Assembly: GCF_037042905.1 (NCBI RefSeq)
Contig: NC_087261.1
Location: forward strand, 13,702,001 to 13,766,000
Source of the DNA: Lytechinus pictus
Taxonomy: Eukaryota
Reading direction: 5' to 3'
DNA length: 64,000 nt
How positions within the stretch are numbered: position 1 is the stretch's first letter; every line of letters starts with the position of its first letter. This document shows positions 23,749 through 33,741 of the stretch, in pieces. The notes beneath the pieces were generated by a model that saw only the letters and a program-made list of their open reading frames with translations, did not search any database and was not told where the DNA came from. The translations under genes were made by a program, and so were the position numbers.

Positions 23749-24069
23749 GGCCCGCATTCTGAAGTCGGGTTTAACTTAAACACAGGTTTAAAGTTGTGGT
23801 TTAAGTATGGACAGCTGTTATGGACAATTGGTACATAAATCACTAACAGTAGGGATATAATATTTCAGCTCATTTGGCTCTCAAATCATTCATAATTGTT
23901 TAGGAAGTATATATAGATTATTGTCTTCACCATCGATGAATCAGGAAAGAGCACAGAAAACATAAGAAACGTACAACTTAATAAAAAAAATTGATACTTT
24001 TGGCTGTCCATACTTAAACCACAAATTTAAACCTGAGTTTAACTTAAACCTGACTTCAGAATACGGGCC
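23749..24069. mobile_element. Harbinger-like MITE, 3-bp TSD
   Basis: ATT|GGCCCGCATTCTGAAGTC ... GACTTCAGAATACGGGCC|ATT; empty site in the duplicate at about 34372-34385. Confidence 0.88.
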
Positions 24070-24980
24070 ATTATATCTACGTAATTGGTATTCATTTTAG
24101 TTGCAGTGATAGACGTAGGATAAATTCATTTTCAACTGACATGTAACGTGAACGAAAAATTAAACATGTACAATAATTGTTTTTGCCCGATATTGTATGA
24201 CAGTGTGAGAAACAAACACGCATATTTCTGTTATTGTGTAGGCCTAAATATAACATCTCAAAGCACATTTAAGGTTGATTTTGCAGTGTGATTCTTTGTG
24301 TGCTATTTGTAAAATATTGGACTCTGTCATGTTATGTTTACTATATTTTGGAAAAAGTGAAACGAAAGTGAATGAAATCTAAATATCTATGACCTAAAAT
24401 ATATCACATTTACACATCAGTTGACGTTATGGAACCGACATAATTGTCTATTCTCTTGACCCATCATACCAACAAACAGTATTTTTTCCATTTCATGATG
24501 CAGTCATAACCGATAACGACGAACCGAATCGAAAAACGACCGACGCTATGTCGGTGAAAATAACGTATAAGTTTGATCGGTCTGTACACTCACGTGTTTA
24601 AATAAATCCAAATCGACTCTGAACAGTGAATATACCGAACATTGGATTTATATTAAATCCTAACGATTTAACTTTTAAATCTTTTCAGATTAAAAACAAT
24701 TTTTAAAGCGTTTTGTTCAAATCCACAAGGTTTCAATCTAAATCTATTACTCGACTGGTAACTAGTAGCAGCCGATATGGAATTATTTTAAATCCTTGAA
24801 ATTTAGAGTATAGTAGGGTTCATGCATGACTACCCGTAATGGAATAATCACAAATCAGCATTATTGATTCAATTATTGCACAACGCCTATTAAAAAAAAT
24901 GTAAGTGACAAGTTAGTATTCACAGAAACTTGTCACCGCAGCACTGCTTAAATAGGAATTAGAAGAAGTGAAACTGATTT

Positions 24981-25281
24981 CACAGGGCCCTGGAACGATT
25001 TTTTTTACTGGGGGAAATTTGAATCTGATGTAAATTTGAAAAGCAAAAAAAAAAGAAGGTGTTCACACAAAAAAAAATGAAATTTGTTCCGAGAAATTTG
25101 ACAAGCTTAAAGAAAAAAAGAAGAAAGAAAAAAAGTTTTCAATACAAAATTAAGGTAATTTTGGTTAAAGTTTTGAATTACCTCACATCTTCCAGAAAAC
25201 GTAGGGATGCTGTTCCCCAAGGATTTTATTTTGTGTGTGTGCTTCATCGCCCCCAGCAGATCCTCGGTTCCCAGGGCCATG
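24981..25281. mobile_element. hAT-type MITE predating the duplication (copy at about 35237-35515)
   Basis: CAGGGCCCTGGAAC...GTTCCCAGGGCCATG; degenerate 8-bp TSD TTATTTCA/TTATATCA, clearest in the second copy. Confidence 0.65.
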
Positions 25282-25909
25282 TTATATCAATTCTTAATAT
25301 TATCACTAAGATTATCTTTGACATAAAATAAAACAAAACTCTAGTCAATGAGACTAGCCTGGCGTGCATGAGGTAGTTCACGTCATCTGACATTACAACC
25401 TGGAGGATGGAAGTTCACAGAAAAAAAATAGTCTCTGGTCCTATGTAAGGAGTAACTTTGACTGTGTGGTCATAAATCGTGTGAATCAGACGTAGACGTA
25501 TGATACACTCAATAGGTTTCTCATGTTCAGTGTTGAAATGTTCAAAGAAAAAAATAATTGATGCCTCGATGCCTCAACTATTTTTCCATATATATAAATT
25601 GCACGGACATTTTTTTTTTTCAAAAATGGGTTTGAAAAAAAAAAACCAGGAACATACATTATTTCATTCCAAGTAGATGTCTAATGAACCTGCTGTATGT
25701 ATTCAAAACGCTTGTGGAACTGTAAATTCAAGTGATGATTGTGTTTCTAGAATATGTACATGATGTATCTTGTATTATTAATTTGGGGAAAATCTCTGAG
25801 TTTATCAACACTGCACAAAATAAATTATTTCTGGATCACAATGATCGAACGACATTTGCTTCTAAAGTGCCACAAAATAAAGATCACCTTTCCCCAAATG
25901 CACTCAGTG

Positions 25910-27279
25910 CAGTGGCGTAGCTAGGATTTTTTTCACGGGGGGGCACTGGGGGGTCCTTGCTTTTTCAGGGGGGACACCGGCCATTTTTCCGGTGTGTGTG
26001 TGTGTATGTGTCACAAGGGCGGATCCGACTTTCGCCATTAGGGGATGGGGCCCGAAATTATCTTCACCTATATCAGTCACTTCTTAGTTTTATTCTTATA
26101 AAACAACATAAACATGAAATAATCTCATAAGCCTTATAAAAAGTGCGAGCGCGAAGCGCGAGCGATTTTTTTTTTATTTTTTACTTTCATGTATTTTTTC
26201 CTGAAAATTTAATTTTCTGGGCAATGTTATGTGTGATCCTGAACAAGATTCGTATGTAACTAGATGGTTACTGCGAACGCCAAGCGTGAACAGAAATTTT
26301 TATCAACTGTTCTAGCATTATCGAAAAGGACTGCTTAAGGACTGCTTACAGTTACCCACGAAGACGGTATATATTTCAATAATGCGAGCGCGAAGCGCGA
26401 GCAAATTTTTTGACATTCCGACCTAAAAAATTGTCTTTCTAAGCACTTTTTGTATTAATAAATGGAGTAGATATGTAACTAAATAATTGATGCGAGCGCG
26501 AAGCGCGAGAGGAAGAAATTTTAAAATTGAGATTTTAGACCTAAAAGTGGGACACTCTATTCATATTTTGTAAATCACAAATAGAATATAGTCAATTGGG
26601 TATAATTAATAATGCGATTGTGAAGCGTGAGTAGACGATTATTGATATTCTGATGTGAAACTGGATAATTTAAGTACATTTTAAATAAAGAACATGCAGG
26701 CTATCGCGCATGTTTTAGATTTAGACCTAGAATCTGGGCATTCTGAATACATTTGTTTAATGGAACATTATGGAATACAATATGAACTTGGCAAATCAAA
26801 CAATGTGACCGCGCAGCGTGAGCTTAAAATGCTGATATGTAGACCATAAAACGGACCGATTTCACAGAGCACTTAAATTTGTAAATGAAAAAAAAATAAT
26901 GAAAGCTCGATGTCCGAACTAAAATATGTTTTGCATATTGACTTCAAAACTTGCTCCATATCAGCCTATTGAGCAAGATATGAATCTCATCGAACAGGCA
27001 ATTCTGGCGCGAAGCGCCAGCAAAAATTTTATATAGTAACATGAAATTGCAAGTCTTCCCCTCACATTATTTCATTCACTCGTCTTCCTCCTCTTATTTT
27101 CCTCTTCTTTTTTTTCTTCTGTCTTTCTTCTTCTTTTCCTTTTTCTTTTCTTCTTTCTCCCTTTTTTTTTTTTTTTTTTTGCTCTGCCAATTTTTTCTGG
27201 GGGGCACCTGGGGGGGCACACCAAATCTCAGGGGGGGGGGGCACGTGCCCCCCCAGGCCCCCCCGTAGCTACGCCACTG
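25910..27279. mobile_element. 1.37-kb non-autonomous hAT element with internal hairpin array
   Basis: TIR CAGTGGCGTAGCTA / TAGCTACGCCACTG, perfect 8-bp TSD ACTCAGTG; empty site ACTCTGTG at about 36376. Confidence 0.92.
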
Positions 27280-28744
27280 ACTCAGTGTAGATTTTTTTTT
27301 TGCTGTTCCTTTCACGTCATGATATATGATAATGGGTGTGATGGCGATTCTTTTTTAAATCATCGTTTTATTTGTGATTGCGGACAGATAATTGATTAAG
27401 AGCGAAAAAGAGCTAAATGATCTTAGTGGATTTGTATGCGCATCATTTAGGAAAAGGTTTATAGTCAGCCTTGTGGAATCACACACATCATGGTTGTAAT
27501 GTTTGTATGTCATTTGCCTTTGAATTAATTTTGAAAGTAAAAATGAGAATCGGACACGATTTGTTGCATACAGGTTGAACACTGAGAATAGAAGGATAGA
27601 AGCAACGAGGGAGAGACACAGGGGAGAGGGAGACAGAGAAGGAGAGAGGGAGAGAGAGAGCGAGGAAGAAAGACAGGGGGAAGAAAGAAAGAGATCAATA
27701 GAGATGCCGGGAGAGAGATATACCGGGAAAGCACAAAATACATTTGTAAGTTGGTATTGGAAGTGATTTGCCTTTCAAGAATGACCTGAGCATGTTAAGC
27801 GAATAGAGAAAATGAGAGAGATATCCATAGACATACCTATTATCGATAAAACGTATTAACTGCAAAGATTTTAATGAGAAGAAAGAAAGACAAACATTTT
27901 TTTTTTATTTATTCATTTCATTTTCTTTATTCAGTTTTTTATTTATTCATTTTTTTTAAATTCATTTAATTATTATTATTTTTTTTTTTTTTTTTTTTTT
28001 TTTTTGGGGGGGGGGAAACATTCTCGGGGCCCAGCCAATACGAGTGATTTATCTCAAGCCACAAATATTCGGCAACACCTATAGGCTTACTAATATTTTT
28101 TTTTCCAGGGGCTATTAAAGTAGACATAAGAAGACGATCACAAAAACTGAGATTACATATCAATAGAAAAATTTCAACCCCGTATCTAACTCCAACCAGG
28201 TAACAAATAAAATAGAAAATAACAAATTTAACCAACGAAACACCACCCAAATCTGAGAGCTGGAAACGTAATTTCACGGAGAAAGGGTCGTTCAGGTGAC
28301 GCCATGTCATGGTGTTTCTGAGTTGTGTACATGCACTTTACAAACCCACGTACTCTCAACAGAACAGCAGAGCTTAAATATATTTTGCGCTGGAAACATG
28401 GTTATTTCTGAGATGTTTACTTTATTCAGAGGAAAAACAAAAAATCGATATCATGCAATGGATATTTCTTTGTATATTATCACAAAGATGATTAAAAATT
28501 AGCTGCAGGAATATTTTACTTAGGACATAAATACTCCCCGTGAGTTAAGGCAGAGAGCAAGAGCTCAGATTATATAGCTATATAGCTTACAGCACACGAT
28601 CATCGCAAAGCGCCAAATGGATGCGTCATTACACTCAAGTGAGTAAATCCCGGCTGCCTCATATCCCTTACAAAAATTTCCTGTGGTATTTCTATATGGT
28701 ATTTATGTGGTACTACACAATGCAACAGACAATACCACATGGAT

Positions 28745-29420
28745 AATTAGACTGGGGCTGAATACGACACTTTTCGTGATAGATCCGCCACGCCCATGTT
28801 TTTGACCGCGTCGCTCCCTGACTATTTATTTTCAAGTCTTGCTCAACTTTTAAGACCAAAATTGCGACTCCCGGGTACGCGGTTCCAACATTACGTAATG
28901 TTTTGAATTAAAGTGCATGCATATAACAAATTGCTCAAAAACGTGAATTCGTGTACAAATCCAATGCAAATAATGTTTTTAGCCAAAATTTATAAATGTG
29001 TCATCATTTTTCTTTTTACTGATTAAAATCAGTTGATTTCATCTTGTACATGTATATGGTCAAAATAAAGTCCCCGACATTTTCCGGTGATAAAGGAATA
29101 AAAAACAAAGAGTTGAAAAAACAAAGAAAAATATAAGAAATTTAGAAAACAATGAAATACATAAGAAAATAAATGCGATGTTTAATTTGTTTAAAGTACA
29201 TTTGATCAAATTCCTATTAATAGTCTGTGAACCTATAAATAGCCTTTTAGGTGCATTATTTAGTTAATTAGAGCAAACTTTCGATTTTATGCATGAATTA
29301 GTATAATTCGATAGCAATGATATTTTGGCAGAATTTGATCTTATAGTTTTGTAAATTATGCTATAGGTAACGTGCGAACCAATTTTCGTCACGATCGCAC
29401 GATCGACGGCCGAGATTTAA
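28745..29420. mobile_element. piggyBac-like MITE body, ends eroded (copy at about 38745-40375)
   Basis: Shares CTGACT..TTTTCAAGTCTT..TTTGAGACCAAA and CGATCG..CGGCCGAGAT blocks with the TTAA-CCC elements at 52275 and 59411. Confidence 0.6.
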
Positions 29421-29469
29421 ATTTCATGGCATATGAAATTATTTATTTAGGCATGTCTGATAGCTAATC

Positions 29470-30060
29470 GTGTTTGTGACAATAAAGCTAAGTCTTTGGG
29501 GCTACCCCAAAAACAAATTCATTAATGAACGATATTACGGATAGGGAGGGGCGACGAATGTTATCAATATAATCCGGACTTCGGTGATCGAGAGACATGA
29601 ACAATTTAATAGCAGCAAAATTTGAAAGTTTATCCTCTGTCACAGGCAATGAAAGGAGCTGCAGTCGGAAAGGTTTTGTGGAAGTCCGAAGATGAGTAGA
29701 GAAGAAGCCTATCAGAGTTCCGTTGTCTCTGAAGTCTTTTTCCACCAACTTTCTGTAGAGCAAAACTGCAAATGCAAACTTTTTTTATTTAAAAGATACA
29801 AATCTTTGCAACCAAGAATCCAAGAAGGCTATTGCAGTAGTCCAGTCTGGAAAGAGCAAGTGCCCTGAAAACAGCAGCTTGGCATGTTTGCTTCTCAATG
29901 AAACGTCTAACTCCCCAGAGGTTACAAAGGTGATGCTTGACGTTTCTGCTGGCCAAAGCTACCTGATGGCTGAGGTTCGCAGATGTGTCATAGATTAGTT
30001 CGATATTGCGAATAGACTGACATGGCTGGAAATCTTTCTCAATGATTGCTAGTCTAACAT
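29470..30060 (-). mobile_element. Decayed CR1/L2-clade LINE ORF2 fragment (copy at about 40440-40850)
   Basis: Peptide HHLCNLWGVRRFI...ALALSRLDYCNSLL is typical of the region after the RT core in L2/CR1-group LINEs. Confidence 0.75.
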
Positions 30061-30062
30061 CA

Positions 30063-30165
30063 TACGAGGCAAACTCGGTTATCAACATTTTCGGTTACTG
30101 AAAACTAAACATACGTTTTACGAAGGATTGTCAAGATTTCTTGCCAAGATCAGGTGAATGATCTG
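30063..30165 (+). pseudogene. 5'-truncated type-A GPCR pseudogene (TM7/helix 8 only)
   Basis: Aligns to 18803-18906 (YEVNSVINVFVYWKLNRRFRKDCQEFLAKIR) with TGG->TGA at 30099 and indels; type-A 3' flank homology continues downstream. Confidence 0.88.
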
Positions 30166-32439
30166 GAATTGAAAAAAAAAAAACGAGTGCGAAACACGAA
30201 AGAGTAAAGCACAATCACGAACAGACGAGCAGTTGTATATTGCTCACTAATTGTCGTTTTGAAACAGTCATTTTGAGGATGTACATGTCCACTAATATTC
30301 CTAAATGATTGTTGTAAAACGTTTAAAGTATTTTGCGTATATTTGCTGATTGTTTTTTTCCCTAGTGTATATGGTTCTTTGACCATATTCATCACAAAAT
30401 NNNNNNNNNNNNNNNNNNNNNNNNNNNNNNNNNNNNNNNNNNNNNNNNNNNNNNNNNNNNNNNNNNNNNNNNNNNNNNNNNNNNNNNNNNNNNNNNNNNN
30501 NNNNNNNNNNNNNNNNNNNNNNNNNNNNNNNNNNNNNNNATTTTTTCAGGTGTGACTGTCCAAAATATTCAATAAATTAACCACCGTCCACCCTCCTTCC
30601 TCAATCAACTCATTTGAACTATCAATTACCTTAGCGTTTCGATAATTTTAGATTTCCCCCACAACTTTCTGTCGAGCAAAACTGCAGTTACAAACATTTT
30701 TTTTTTAATTAAAAGATACAAATCTTTGCAAGCAATGTTCTTGCTTGGGTGGTTATCTGAAATGTCTCATTGTAAAAGCAACGAGTCATGATATCAAATT
30801 GCATTAACCACTGATAGATGAATAACTCATCCATTTCTTTTGCACGGTCGAATACCTCATAAAAGAAATAATTCCTATTCTAATGCATTTATGCAATCCT
30901 CGTATTAGGCCAACACGACTTTGATATGAAATATTCTATTCTTTTATATTAATGGGTCTTTGATTTTTTTTCTGGATTTGGAGTCCGAGGATTAGGATCG
31001 CAGGACGCCATTAAATTCTCTTTTCATAATAAATCTATCTTTCTAAACAATACTGAATACAATAATGAATGTAAGAATAATGGACTGCGCATTAAATCAG
31101 GGAGAATAGTGGAAAACAACAAAAAATCGAATTAAAACAGACATGCCCTTTATTTAATTTTTACAATGTCTCCGATGTCATATTTTAATGATATACATTT
31201 TAATTCTTTCAAGTGTTTTTGTGAGTAATGTCCTTCTTTGTTTGTATAATGGAATTTTCTTATTCCTAATGTAGCTCCAAGTCATAGAGATTAGAGATTT
31301 GTTTTCTTAATTTTAGGAACAATGAAATATAGTCCATTAATGGAAAGTCCCTAATGGCTTTTGCATTCATAAAAAATTGGAAGGGATTACGTTACAAAAT
31401 CCAGAAATAAAACATGCAGTGGAAGTTATCTGGTAGCATCTTCATCAAAGAAACTTCTTCGATTCCTGAGAACACTTGCTAATGCTTGGGTCATATTGTA
31501 CCTTTTATTATAATGAAGAAAGGGACAACTCCGGGTTAATATCACAGAACGCAGTACTCCCGGGGAGTTTGTATTTAAAGGAAGAAGAGGCAAGGTGACC
31601 CGAGGGTGACGCCATTGTTTTATTACAGTCGCACCAACAAACCTTCTCTGAACCACTGATCTCTGGACCAGTACTCTTGGCGGACCAAAGATTATTCCGA
31701 ATGGCAGGCATATCATTGGTTGACCTGGAGTAGGTTTCGTTGGCGTGAGTGTGACTGTAGAATAAGGGTCATAATCAACTACATAGCCAAATACTCTTCT
31801 TTATTCAATCTTACATTTTCTATTCTTCTCCATTTTTCCACTTGAAAAAATCACAGCTACACTGACTAAAAAACAATGCTGATTGCAAGCAAAGATTCAT
31901 TAAAAGTTTGAAAGAAAAGCAAAGTCGAATTTAAAATATACTGGTAATGATATTTCTTAAAGCTTTTGCTTTATTTAGTTCTTTATCTATACTTAATGGA
32001 CTACTATGCCTGTTGTACTTTTAGCAATTTACATCTATGCTACAAATGTGATAAAGAATACATTGCAAAGGAGGATGGGGTAGGCCGGGAGGACAAGCAA
32101 TTACGTCACTGATGTTCTTTCTTCAGCCAACATGAAACAAAGGTACAGAGGGATGGTGTTCCAGCGATATCTTCTGTGCCATGAACGTTTCTCAGTCCTC
32201 ACAAATTACATAAACTGATCTCTTTTGAATCAGGTTGAATTGGACGTTTTGAAATCCATTCAGAGATTATCCAACTGGTGTCCACATATAAAGCACTTAC
32301 TTCGTGTACGATACACCCAATCTTCGAGCAATTTTCGGAGTAACGTTGATCAGCCGTAGCCCCAACCACTCTACCAAAGGAACCAGGGAGCAAACGGCAC
32401 ATCTTGACTGACTGTTCCAGAGAAGCACCTGAATCGAAC

Positions 32440-33741
32440 ATGGCCATCATTCGGAGCGTCTTTTATGCTTTTTACGCAATCATATTCGCCATCGGACTGC
32501 CAAGCAATATGGTCATTTTGGCGGTATACGCTGCAAAGAGGAAAAAGAACGGAACAGACGTATTCATCATGGGCCTGTCTTTCACCGATTTATTTTCCTC
32601 GATGATATGCCTCCTTAAATTCAAGGTATGGGTCGCCAGTGACATATTTTGCAAAATCAAATGGTTTATTGACATATGGTTTATAGGCAATCAGTGGGCG
32701 ATGACAGTAGTTATTAGTTTTGACCGGTACTTGGCGGTGTGTTTTCCCGTTCACCGTCGGCCGAAGGTCCGTCAAGCCATCATCATTGTCGCCATCGCTT
32801 ATCTGTTCATGTTTACGATGATGACACCACTTCTTCCGGCGATACATTACGTTGAACTCATCGAAGACTGCATGTACAGGTCAGACCTCGAATGGTTCAA
32901 TAAGTTTGATAAATACTTTGGACAAGGGCTCATCATTAGCGTTATCTGCACCTCATCCTTATTCTATTGTCGGACCATTTTTGTCCTTCGTCGCCTGTCA
33001 AAGGTTCACGCAAGACTTGTTGGCAATCCATCTAGCAAATTGGCACTTTCAAGTACCACAAAGCATTCTTTGCACCTTGCACAAACCAATATCAACAACT
33101 CTGGAGAGACCGCATCATGTGAACGGATACCTGGTCAGGAATCAGATGTCGATATTGGGCTTGGCAAGCCCAACCACCAAACAGACCAACCAACTGTTTA
33201 CCCCGTTTCAGGAAGCACTTTATCTGGATGCAACGATACATCTTTGAACGTCCCGCCAAGAGAAGCATCTCTGCTTGCAACTACAAACGAGTCCACTACA
33301 AATCAAGGATCACAATGCAATCTTAAAACCGTCTCTGGCAAACACCTTGATGTGACTGGACCTACCACTTCGACAGGTGCAGCATTGATGGTCCCCAACG
33401 CTCCATCATCCCAGATGGTAGTAGACCGCATTGACAAGAATGACAAAAATGACAGCCGTTTGTCAGAAAAGAAATTGACGGCAACACTCGGTGTCATTAC
33501 CAGTATTCAGCTCATGAGCATGATACCGTTAGTCATCGGCAGATATATACCCATTGAAACGCGGCAAGCATTCATGAGCAGATCTAACGCACATCATACC
33601 ATTTATGCCATCATCTTTCGCCTGTATGAAGTCAACTCGTTCATCAATGTGTTTGTTTATTGGCGATTGAACAAGGTTTTCCGTCGGGATTGTCAAGTCT
33701 TATTCGGACGCATCTGGCAATCAGTCTTCAAAATGAAGTAG
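32440..33741 (+). CDS. Intronless class A orphan GPCR, type B copy 2, 433 aa
   Basis: ATG at 32440 in the same GAACATGGCC context as its paralogs (the track's 32404 start is a TTG); FDRYLAVCFP; intact ORF. Confidence 0.95.
   Translation: MAIIRSVFYAFYAIIFAIGLPSNMVILAVYAAKRKKNGTDVFIMGLSFTDLFSSMICLLKFKVWVASDIFCKIKWFIDIWFIGNQWAMTVVISFDRYLAVCFPVHRRPKVRQAIIIVAIAYLFMFTMMTPLLPAIHYVELIEDCMYRSDLEWFNKFDKYFGQGLIISVICTSSLFYCRTIFVLRRLSKVHARLVGNPSSKLALSSTTKHSLHLAQTNINNSGETASCERIPGQESDVDIGLGKPNHQTDQPTVYPVSGSTLSGCNDTSLNVPPREASLLATTNESTTNQGSQCNLKTVSGKHLDVTGPTTSTGAALMVPNAPSSQMVVDRIDKNDKNDSRLSEKKLTATLGVITSIQLMSMIPLVIGRYIPIETRQAFMSRSNAHHTIYAIIFRLYEVNSFINVFVYWRLNKVFRRDCQVLFGRIWQSVFKMK

Larger units (their letters stand above)
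21725..33741 (+). repeat. Segmental tandem duplication, period about 10.7 kb (partner 32440-44482)
   Basis: 23.0-30.0 kb is collinear with 33.7-40.8 kb, and 30.0-32.4 kb with 40.8-43.2 kb; B-gene starts are 10715 and 10744 bp apart. Confidence 0.93.

Noticed and set aside
26144-27021. CRISPR array
   Set aside because: Eukaryotic context, no cas genes, degenerate repeats, spacers of about 80-110 bp that are partly related, and location inside a TSD-flanked hAT element.
32404-32439. 12-aa N-terminal extension of receptor B2
   Set aside because: Starts at TTG; the paralogs begin at the conserved ATG (32440).
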